From contig JAMDHS010000008.1 in assembly GCA_029717555.1 (NCBI GenBank), forward strand, positions 1-64,000: a stretch of DNA of 64,000 nt. The letters are read 5' to 3'. Positions 25,190 through 35,582 of the stretch are shown piece by piece (position 1 is the stretch's first letter; each line of letters begins with the position of its first letter). A program made the translations under genes and the position numbers. The DNA is from Peribolospora baueri. Its lineage: Eukaryota. The notes below the pieces were generated by a model that saw only the letters and a list, made by a program, of their open reading frames with translations, was not told the origin of the DNA and searched no databases.

Positions 25190-26134
25190 TGGCCTCGTCG
25201 GGGGTGGAGGGAACGTCTACGCGATCCTCGTCAGCGGGACCGTAAGCAGCGGGGGACTCCATTGTGAGGCGAGGGACGGGAAGAAGGAGGATGAGGGACC
25301 GGGGTGGAATGGACGAGAGGGAACGAGGAAGGGGGGGGGCGAGATGGGAGAGACCACATGCGGGCGGGGTTAGTTAGGGTTAGCAGAATTGAGATTCCCA
25401 CGGTGCGGAGATAGTGCGCAAGCACGTGAGACGACCGCCTGGCGGCCGGTTATGATGGAGCGGACGAAGGTGGCGTTGGTTTCGCGGGACACGTGGTGGA
25501 TGGTCGAGGGAGAGCGAATGAGAAGACGGCGTTGGTGAGGAGGCTGCGGTGGGACGAGGGGGAGACAGGCAGGCTGGGAACTAGTAGCTGTTTGAATTGA
25601 CACGACGACGACGACGACAACGACGGCGGCGACGGAGAAGCGCGGGGGTGGGGCGGATGCAACTGGGGAGGGCGGGGAAGGGGAAGCGGTGAGCAGTGGA
25701 CGCACGTCGGGCTGTGTTGAGGAAAGCGGTGGGGACACATGTATGTGCATGCATCGCATAACGGGCGGAGCCCTTATTCGCGCTAGGAGATACGAGAAAC
25801 GATCCATGAGATACGAGATAGAGACATAATGTACCTCGACGACGAGAAAGACGGTTGAATTGCCGAAGAGATCCGGATCACGTGCGGCGGAGAGTGGCGG
25901 GAGCGGGCGGCGGGCCGGATGGGGTGTGCCTTAGCGGAGGCGGACCGACGTGGCTGGGCTGGGCTGGGCTGGCCTCGGCTTCGGCTCCCGACGCTCTCTT
26001 AACACGCCGTCGCTACAAGGACACTTCATCGCCCTCTCTCTCTCATCCCTCCCCCTCCCACTAGCACTCCTCCTTCGCGCTTTTCCCTAACCCGATCCTC
26101 CGCCCTGTGTCGACGTCGGCGTCAGCCTGAGCAA

Positions 26135-26203
26135 GACGGACGGACGGACGGACGGACGGAGTGACTGACTGACGACCGACTGACCGACGCCGACCGACCG
26201 GAC
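26135..26203. repeat. (GACG)n tract grading into GACT/GACC tetranucleotide repeats
   Basis: Seen directly. Confidence 0.85.
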
Positions 26204-26524
26204 TGGGATTGAAGGTGGGGCGGACTGGACGGAGAGAGACACAGCACAGGTGAGCACCTCAGCACCTCCGCCCGCTCGTCCATCCCTAGCCCGACACGCC
26301 AACGCCAACGCCCACGCTTCAACGCCAGCGCCAACACCAACCACCGGCGTCGTCGTCGGCTCGCCCTCCTTCCCTCTTTGCCGTCCCCGCTCGACCGGCA
26401 TGCGCGAGCAAGCGGCATAGTGTCCTCGCCAGCCCGCTCTCGTCCCTGCCCACGTTGGTCTCCCTCCTTGGGCAGGCACGGTAGGGTTAGGGTGCCGACG
26501 ACGACGATGACGACGACAACAGAT

Positions 26525-26579
26525 GATACGATACGATACGATACGATACGATACGATACCATACCATACCATACCATAC
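26525..26579. repeat. Compound pentanucleotide microsatellite (GATAC)7(CATAC)4
   Basis: Counted directly. Confidence 0.95.
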
Positions 26580-26877
26580 CACCCGCTTCGACCCGCTTCG
26601 ACCGCTCGGACCCGCCCTCCTCGTGCAGGCAACCACAGCCGGCCGGCCTGGCATGCTGATCGCCTCCACATACACTTCCACCGCCCATCCGATTCCTATC
26701 CCCTCTTGACTTGACTACCTACTCACACCATCTTCTTCCTCCATCTCTCTTCTGTAATGTAGCCCTTGCTCCCGCCCGGCCCCGTTTCCTTCCTTTTTTT
26801 TCTCCGCGCCGACCTCGCACGGTCCTTCTTCCACCAAGCCTTAACGCCGCCCCACATCGACGCTCAGCCCGGCCAAG

Positions 26878-29800
26878 ATGACCACCGAGCTTCGGCGGTC
26901 CTGCACCTTCTGCCGTGCGCGCAAGATGAAGTGCAGCGGCGAGGTGCCATGGTGAGTGAGATCAGATCACAGATCACACCGCACCCTTCCGTCTCCTGAC
27001 ACCCCCTTCACCCTTCAGGTGCAAGACATGTCGAGACCGCTCCCAGCCGTGCGTCTACGAGACGTCCGCGCCCAAGGGCCGTCCAAAGAGGGACAAGACC
27101 AAGGACGCCAAGGGCTCCAGCAAATTCCATGGCCGCAACTCGTCCGATCCCTACCCCTCTGTTCCCTTCGGTGATACCTCCGGCCTCCCCTCCACCCTCA
27201 AGCACTTTGCCAACGCCCGACGCAACCGCGACAGGGGCGACAGCGCATCCAGCTCCACTCGCAGCAGCCCCGGCCTACTCGGCCAAGGCGGCGCCAGCGT
27301 CTGGACCGACGCCAACGGCCAGCCCCTCCAGCTCGCCACCTACGGCGAGGAGCTCAGCCGGCTCTACGACGAGTGCTGGTGCCCCCGATCCGCCGCCGCC
27401 CTCGAGGCCCAGCAAAAGATGCTCGCTCAGTACGACCGTCTCCACTCCGCCGTCGTCGCCCACCAAGCCGCTCACTCCTCTCCTCAAGCCGTCCCCGCCG
27501 GCTGGCCGCGCAGAGACAGCGATGGCGCCGCTGCCACTGATCCCGCCGTCGCCGGTTTGCCAGGCCATCATCCTCATCTCCACCTCAACGCCGCCGTCGA
27601 GGCAGCCGTACCCACCAACGGCCCAGGCGCCTTTGCTCTCGCTTTTTCTAGCTTTGGTTCCGCTGCTTGTCGTGAGGCTGCTGCTGCCAAGGACCCTAAC
27701 GCTGTCTTTGGGAGGATGGATTATTCGTGGATGGGTTATAATTCTACTCTTGGCGTCGTCACCCACGAACTCGTCGAAATGATGGCCGCCAAGATATCCC
27801 GCCTCAATTGCCACTGCTTGGGCGAGTCCGGAGCTTCTTTCTACCGCCATGCACTCCTCCTCGACGACTCGACCGCCATGTTCTCCCCCGAGTCCTCTGT
27901 CGACACGTTGAAGAACCCTGTCCAGTCCCTCGAGCTCCATCGCGCCCTCCAGCTGCTCGAGATCGCCTTCTCCTCCCACCCCATCCTTTCCGTCATCGTC
28001 TCCAAGACTTTACTCTTACGAGATTTCAACACCGGCCACTACGACCGAGCCCTCTTCTCAGCCATTGTGGGCGAGGCGCTCTTCATTCAAAAATCTCGAA
28101 ACCCGCATACGAACATGACCGCCGACGTCAACGTCCCACCTCCAGAGCGCTTCCTTCAAGACGCTTTCGCCAGGTTAAACCAACGCCAGAGCGGTAACCC
28201 AAGCGAGGCCATTTCGACCACTCAAGCTCTTGTCGTCCTTGCCTGGCACGGTGAGTCGTTCACTTTTCCGTTTGTTGGCCCGTCCCAGCTGCTAGGCTGA
28301 CTCCTTCCATCCTCCTTCTCAGAACTTTGCGCAGGCTCTCCCAAGAGGGCCGTCTGCCTCTTCAGCTTGGCCACTCAGATGCTCGGATACCTCATCGCCG
28401 ATCGAAAGGCCAACCCGGCGCCGTCATCCAGAGTCAATGGAGTGGCCATCGAAGAGGTCGAGAACGAGATCCTCGGCAACCTCCACTGGATCGTCCTCTC
28501 CATCATCCTTTGGTCCTTCATGCAGTTCGATCGCCCCGTCCCCGCCCTCTTCCCGCAAAAGGACACCGTCGGCCTTCCGCCGCTGGACGAGACGGCCTCC
28601 GTCATCTATAGCCTTGACGAGGTGTCCGGAAACCTTTCCAGCCTCGCCTCTCAGACCGACGCCATCGCCCACGTCCGCGCCCTCGCCCACGTCTTCGGCG
28701 TCGTCTCCCACCTCTACAGCTTGCTCCCAACCGCCGGCGTCGACCTTCGCACAGACTTTGCCGCCCTCATCGCCGAGCCTGACAAGGGCTGGATGCATGT
28801 TCAGCAATTGCAGATGCTCCTTCGGCCCTCTTTTCCTGTCGAAGTGCTCTCCTCCGAGGTGCCCCGTACACTCATGGACGCCGCCGACGCCTTCCCGGCC
28901 GAGCTCCGAACGCGACAGCCTTACTCCCTTGTCTCTTGCGCTTACCGCGTCCTCGTCCTCCACCTCACCGTGCCCCGCATCTTCCCCGGACAGAACCACC
29001 AGGGCCCGACGGTCGTCACGCTGGACACCTTTGAGCTCATCATTCGCTCCGCCGAGGGCCTCGTAGAGCTCGCCACCGCGTCGCTGCGCATGTGCCGACT
29101 CCGCCGCGGACGGACTGTCGGCTTGGACGACGCCGGCCTGGCGGCCGCGTTCGGAGCGACGGGCCACGTGGGCATGGTGGCCAACCTGATCATCCTCGGT
29201 CTCGACACGTGCGCGCGCATCTTTGAGCTCTTCCTCTCCAGGGCTGGCCTGTGCAAAAAGGTCATCGTGACCGAAGACGTGGACCGGTGCTTTCACATGA
29301 CGCCCGAGCTCTCCGTCGCCGTCCAACAACGTCGGCAGCACATCCTTTCCATCATCACGTCTATGCATCGCATCCTCCAGTCCGAGGCTATGGCGGGCAA
29401 GCGTCGCAAGGTGGTCAAGAAACACCTCAAGGCGCTCCGTGTCGAACTCGAGCTCTCGGGCGTCTCTGCCGTCGAGTTCCCCATTCACCCCTCGCCGTTG
29501 TTTCCTCAGCAGCCTCCGTTTCCTCACGGCACTCCACCCCTCGGTCTCGGTAGCGCCAGCGCCGGCAGATCGAGCTTTGATCAGGTTGGCGCTGGCAGGA
29601 CGAGCTTTGACCACGGCGCCGGTAGGACGAGTTTTGACCAGGCCAGCGCCGGGAGAACGAGCTTTGACCAGGCCGGCAGGACGAGCTTCGATCAGGCCGG
29701 CAGGTCGAGCTTCGACCAGGCCAGCGATCACAGCGGTCACAGCTCCGCCTATTCACCCAGGAGCGTCGGTTTCACGCCCAACCTCACCAGCCCCCACGTC

Positions 29801-30490
29801 ACCACAGGCTTTGGCACCCATCAAGACGAAGCCGTCGAGACGCTTGCGGACGACAGCAGTATCGAGGGTAGCGCCGGAGCTGGAGGTCTCGAGGAGTACT
29901 TCAAGTTCGCCGGCGGGTCCGGCGGAGGCCGGACAGCGCCAGCGCCGCTCCCCCTGGGCATCGTGCGCCGGGTCAGCGACCCTACGATGTCGTCTCCATC
30001 CCACAACACGGCCGCAAGCCAGCAGTGGCCGATGCGCCGCGGCAGCGACCTCAACCTTGACTCCGCGTTCCAACAACAGTCTCCGCAGGTGCCGCAACCA
30101 CAGCAGCCGACGTCGCACCACCCGGCGTTCGTGTTCCCCGGCCAGCCTTCGGCAGCTATGCAGATCCAGAACCGTCCGCAGGAGACGCCGAGCCCTCAGA
30201 GCCTGTCCGACGTGGCCTCCTCGTTTGGCTCCAACTCGAGCTGGCATAGCACCGGGGCCATCTTGGAGCAGAACGTGGCCAGCACCAGCACCGTCGGCCA
30301 ACAAGCCTTCCCCACCATGGCTTGGTCCAACGCCGGCGAGTTGTCCGTCATGCACGGCGGCGGACGGCAGGGCGCGGTGGGAGCTGGGATGGGGGCCGGT
30401 CTCGATGCGAGCTTTGGCGCGACGGGGATGGAACAGATGGAGGTGCTCAACAACCTCGACTCGCTCTTCCTCAGCGAACAACAACAACAA

Positions 30491-30528
<38 letters not shown>

Positions 30529-30583
30529 CGGCCATCACGGCCACCAAAGGCCTCATGGCATGCACTCGATGGGATCTCACTGA
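26878..30583 (+). CDS. Zn(II)2Cys6 transcription factor (3 exons) with a middle homology-like region, an internal peptide repeat and C-terminal polyQ
   Basis: Spliced SCTFCRARKMKCSGEVPW|CKTCRDRSQPCVY is a six-Cys binuclear cluster. It continues into the ORFs 27419-28300 and 28367-30583. Confidence 0.9.
29561..29719 (+). repeat. Coding tandem repeat, 6 x AGR[TS]SFD[QH]
   Basis: Seen in the translation of the 738-aa ORF. Confidence 0.95.
30479..30526 (+). repeat. (CAA)5(CAG)11 encoding Q16
   Basis: Seen directly. Confidence 0.93.
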
Positions 30584-31003
30584 GGTTGTCGACGTCGCCG
30601 TGGGCTGTTGCGCTCGGCCTGAGACACGATCCAACTCGCTTTGGTCTCGACCGCCCGTCCGCTGCTTGCACATAGAGTTGGTCTTCCAAGTGACCTACGT
30701 CTATCCGTCTGCCTGTCGCTGAACTGCGCTGCTGCTCCGCTCCGCTCGGTCCCTCTCCCCCATCTCTCTCTTCCAGTCGCAACTCTATTCGGACTCGCCC
30801 CTTGCTGTCATCTCCTTCCATCTCGCCCCCTTTGGGTCTCCTCCTTCCGTTTCCGTCGTTCAGCCAGCCGCGCCACAGTTAATGCGTCATCTGCTCTTCT
30901 GCTCTTCTCTCCTCGTCGTCGTCGCCGTCATCGTCTGCGCTGGTCAGCAAACTTGACCCTATGTTTCGCCCATCATCGTCCGTTTTCGTTCAGTCCTTCG
31001 ATC

Positions 31004-31034
<31 letters not shown>

Positions 31035-31335
31035 GTGTTCGCCACGCTGATGCGCGCGCGCTAACCTGTACCCTATTGGATCCGATCCGCGATCCGGTGC
31101 CGCTTTGTCATACCGAAGGGAAAATTTCGGAAATTTTTCGAGTCCTAAATGCATAAATCATCTTCGTCACGTCACAGGGCGCTTAGGGGGTGGCTCCCGT
31201 CGGCGAACGATGTCCTCGAAGTGCCACTTTGGATTTTTCATGGAAAGAGGGACGGGGCTCGTTCGGGCCATGTACCAGAAGCTCGACGATACGATACGAT
31301 GTATCCGTCTGGGCTAACGACGAAGAAATAAAGGT

Positions 31336-31878
31336 TCAATCCTTGTCCTTCTTGGACGCCTTGTCTTCGAGAGCCGAGCCATTGTCCTTGGCCGCTCGGA
31401 TCGTCTGTAGGTAGGTAGATGGCCGCCCCGACGGGTAAGGTTATTACTTATTTACGGTGAGCTGCCGTCCCGTCTTTGCGGAGGACCTAGAAGGGAAGGA
31501 GGGAAGGGGGGGTATGGACTCACGTCGGTTGAGATGCCCTGAGCCTCTCCAGAGTGGGCGTGCGAGCCCGAAGACGCTTCCGTGCCGCCTCCACCGTTGA
31601 GGTAGCCTGTCGAGGGGGTTGGGGGAAGGACAAGGGCAGAGTGAGCGGAGCGGTGGGTCGACTGGAGGCGTGCTCTGTCTCCCTCTCTCTGTCACCGCCG
31701 CCGCCGCCGCCGCCGCCGCTAAAGTAGTCCGTAGCTCGGGCCACTCACCTCTCCTCTGCTCGCTGTCGCTCTTGACGCCCCCGACGTTGCCCTGGGCTCC
31801 GACGCTGGACGAGCCGATTGGCTTGGCGGTGTGGGGGTCGTCGAGCGGCGGGGACTCGGTTCCTCCAAGGTGGGCCAT
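31336..31878 (-). CDS. Small hydrophilic Gly/Ser-rich protein, 93 aa, 3 exons
   Basis: Exons 31878-31749, 31606-31524 and 31404-31336 have GTGAGT donors and CAG acceptors and join in frame (282 nt): MAHLGGTESPPLDD...EQRR|GYLNGGGG...ISTD|TIRAAKDNGSALEDKASKKDKD*. Confidence 0.7.
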
Positions 31879-32621
31879 GGTGGGAGCGTGAATGGAAGGG
31901 GTCAAATAGCGTTGCGTTAGGCCAGGCAGTCTGGGGGGGGAGGGGACGTCAAGCGGGAGCTCGTCGTGGTGGTGTTGTCGAGAGAGAGACACGACCGACG
32001 TCCAGCTCGGTCGAAGGAACGATCATGAAGAACAGGACGACGTCGATCTCGGCGATGGCCCGATCGCTGACATCATCTCACGTCGCTCTCGAGCCATCCC
32101 AGCCGCAGCCCCGGGTCCAGAAAAAAAGACAATAAGAAATGTCGCCGGCGGGGATCGAACGGAGGGAGGCCTCCGGGCCGAGTGCTGCGGCGCACACGTG
32201 CACGAGTCTCTGTACGCGTGCGCGCGCCGCAGTGCCCCGTGCCCTCCCGGTCTAGAGTCGGTCATCGCTCGCCCGCTCCTCATCCCGTGACCACGGTGAC
32301 CGTCGTCGTGCACCAACCCCTCCCACATCTCCATCTCCCTTCCTTTTCTTGTTCTCCTTCAACTCATTCATACTCGGCGCGACCGCGCCCCCTCCCAACG
32401 TCATCCCCCATTAACGCGCGCTCTCGGCCCGTCTCCAGTGCCGCTTTTTTCACGGTCCAAGCTCGTCTCGCTCGACGCGCCTTTCAACGCGTTCTCCCAC
32501 CGCCCTCACGTGCTCCCCTCGTTCGAATCACGAGGAGCCCGTGCGTCAGTTTCGTCGAGGAAGGTCAACGTACCCCTACCGCCGCGTGCGCGGAGATTGT
32601 GCAAAAAAAAGGGAATTAACC

Positions 32622-34794
32622 ATGTCGACTGAGGAACGCAAGGAAGGCGGCGCGCCCGCCGCCACCGCTTCTCCGGCCCCTGGCGCCGTCGAGGCCCACG
32701 CACCCGCCGACCATGGCCACGGCCACGGCCAGAATCAGACGACCGAGGAGCTCGATCATCAGCAGGTGTCCAACATTCTCGCCAGCTTGAACAAAGAGCA
32801 GTTTGAGAAAATCATGGCTGCAGCGGTGAGTGAGATGTCGCGACGCGCGGGCGCGTCGTTTGACGCTCGGACGAGCGCGTCGACAACGAATCGGTGCGCT
32901 CATTGCGTCAGTCCCTTGCCCCTCCGCCCTCCTTTTTCGCCCTCTTTCCTCGGCTCGTACACAGAATGAGAGCAATTCTTCCGCAGAACACAGTGAGCGC
33001 GAGCCTCCCGGACGCCTCTCGACGCGTTTTCGCTTTGCTGACCGCCCAATTCACCCCACCATCGTGCAGTCATTAAATCCCATCAGCATGCCCCTCGCTC
33101 CATTCATCCCTCCTCCAATGGCGCGCCTCACCTTGCTGGCTCGTCCGAAGGGAACGGAAACGGCTCCAATGACCCTAACATAGACCCTTCTCTCGCTCTC
33201 GGCTACGGATCCTCCCAAAGTCACAGTGCCGTAGATGCGGCTACCTCGGCGCTTGCCGGCGCAGCCGCTCGCGCCATGCGCTCCGGCAACGATGCGGGTC
33301 AGGCGGCGGCCGCGGCGGCCGCGGCCGCTCTCGTCGACGCTGCCAACGCGGGTGGCCCCGGCGCTTCTGGTGCGCCCGTGACTCCAGCCGGCCACGGCCA
33401 ACTCGGAGGACAGGGTAGCGCGACGAGCCCGGCATCCGTCGACACTCCTTCCAAGGCACAAGGTGGCAAAGGCAAAGGCCGGAGCGCGGCCGCCAGCGCG
33501 GTTGCCAAAGGCACGCCCGGTGTGGACGGCGAGAAGGTGCAGATCGGTGACGTTTGGGTGACGCCGGCGGAACGGACGCAATTGATGGAAAGGGCCAAGA
33601 AGGACAATCATGTAAGCTCGTCTCACGGTTGCACGCGCCCCCTCGTCTGCACGCCTATCCTCACACCCTTCGCATTTCTCGCTCCCCCCACGCTCACAGA
33701 AAGAGGTCGAGCGACGTCGACGATCGACCATCAACCACGGCATTGATTCCCTTTCCCAGATCGTTCCTGGCTGCGACGCAAAGTCGACCAACAAGGGCGC
33801 GATCATCTCTCGTGCCGTGACTTACATCCAGACCCTCAAGGACAACGAGGCAGCGAACATCGAGAAGTGGACGCTGGAGAAGCTGCTCATGGACCAGGCG
33901 CTGGCCGACCTGCGCAAGGAGGTCGACCATGGCCGGTCGAGGGAGACGAGGTGGGCCGAGAGGGAAAACTTATGGAAAGTGGAGTTGCAAAGGCTGAAGA
34001 CCAAGGTGGAGGAGCTCGGCGGTGACGCTGGCGAAGGCAACGTCCCGCGAGATGAGGACGCGCCGCTCCTTCCTCCCCATCACGACCATGGCCGTTCGCC
34101 CGACCAGCACGGCGGCCCTTCCACATACTCTTCCGTCCACCATCCTCCCATCACCGCGTCGTCCGCGGCTGTCGCTCGGTACCTCGAGTCCTTCGTCCCC
34201 GAAGCGCACAGGACCAGTGCGCCTCCCACCTCTGCCCCTCTTGCATCTTCTGCGTATCCTCCTGCTGGTACCTCTTCATCCACTCCGGGCTTAACCGAAC
34301 TGCAAAGCGCAGCCTATGCCCCTCCCTACGGCACAGCTCATGACCCTCCTCCGTTCAGCTACCCTTCGCACACACATGCCCATGCCCAGCATCGCGACAG
34401 GGCGCCGAGCAGCCACGAGAGGGGAGCTGCCTATCCGGCCACATCGAACGCAGGGGGCGGGCAAGGCCAAACGCAAGGGCAGAACGGGTCGAGAGGGCCT
34501 TCTCCCCACCCGCATCTCGGCGGGCCCGGTTTCCATTACGGCGCTGCCGGTGGTTCGTCCGCCTCCCCCGCTCCCACTGGGCCTGTGGAAGGGACTGGCG
34601 CGCCTCTGCCCACCACCGACGGCTCAACGAGCGCGAGTCGGACGAGACGAAGAACCGATGACGATGACCCCGAGGCCGAGGGTGTCGCCGGCGCTTGGTC
34701 ATCTGTGGGTGCTGTCGGGGAAGATAACAAGCAGAGCGTGGGCTCCGGGAGTCCTGGCAGGGAGACGAGGAGTAAGCGGGCCAAGTTCACTTGA
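32622..34794 (+). CDS. CBF1: bHLH-Zip transcription factor, Cbf1-like
   Basis: Spliced KKDNH|KEVERRRRSTINHGIDSLSQIVPGC...NKGAIISRAVTYIQTLKDNEAANIEKWTLEKLLMDQA. NIEKWTLEKLL is characteristic of Cbf1. Confidence 0.88.
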
Positions 34795-35582
34795 TCGGCC
34801 GGGAGGGTGGCTTAGTCCCGTCGGTCGAAACAAGTGCGACATAATCGTCGTGAGAACCCTTGGACTGAGGCAACCGGGGATGCTCTCCGTTCCTTATCTT
34901 TTTTTTGTGAGCCGCATTCGCTTGGTAGTGATTGATCGAGTTCTTCGTCTGGAGGCCCTTTTTCTCTGTCTCGTCTTCTTTATCTCTGTCTCGTCTTTCT
35001 TCCTCCTTGCTCCTATCTTCTCTTCTTCCGACCGCACACCGATGTCCATATGTAGTCCGTTCGTGCTCGCGGCGCGGTATCGGCCCTCACCTTCCCGTTC
35101 TTCCCTTCGTCCCATGAGCCGCTCGCACACGCGGGGACACTCGACCGAAGCCTTTGTCGAGAACCTCATGGCTGTGGACAGGGGGGGGACGAGTAGCGAG
35201 CGACTCGTTCTCTGTACTCGCCCGCCCCATCCGATCATTTTCGTCGTCTTGGGTCCGTGTCTCTATCTCCTTACCATTCGGCCCCCTCCTCCTTCGAGAT
35301 CCTCTTGTTGACCTGTCGTTTCCTATTATTGTCCGTGGTGATTTGAATGAATTGTACAACTACCCGCCTCCCCTTCCCCGCGAGGGCCGACCGATGTCTG
35401 TGCTGGCCGCCCTACGGCCGAACATTGAACTGATACATTCTCGACGAGAGTACATGTTACAACAACGGAGCTATTTGTGAAGACGCACTGAATCCGTCTA
35501 CCCACGTATAGGGAATGTGGGAAACGACTCAGGGCGACTTGTAGGTGCGAGAAAGGGAGGTCGAATCGTGTCATGAGCTCCT

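Noticed and set aside
28424..30722. Long alternative-frame and antisense ORFs (438, 427 and 306 aa)
   Set aside because: They are shadows of the GC-rich Zn2Cys6 coding sequence and have no motifs of their own.
32135..32200. tRNA-like 3' end on the minus strand (GTTCGATCCCCGCCGGCGACA)
   Set aside because: The bases 5' of GTTCGA (CCTCC) cannot pair to form the T-stem, and no D-arm or anticodon arm is evident.
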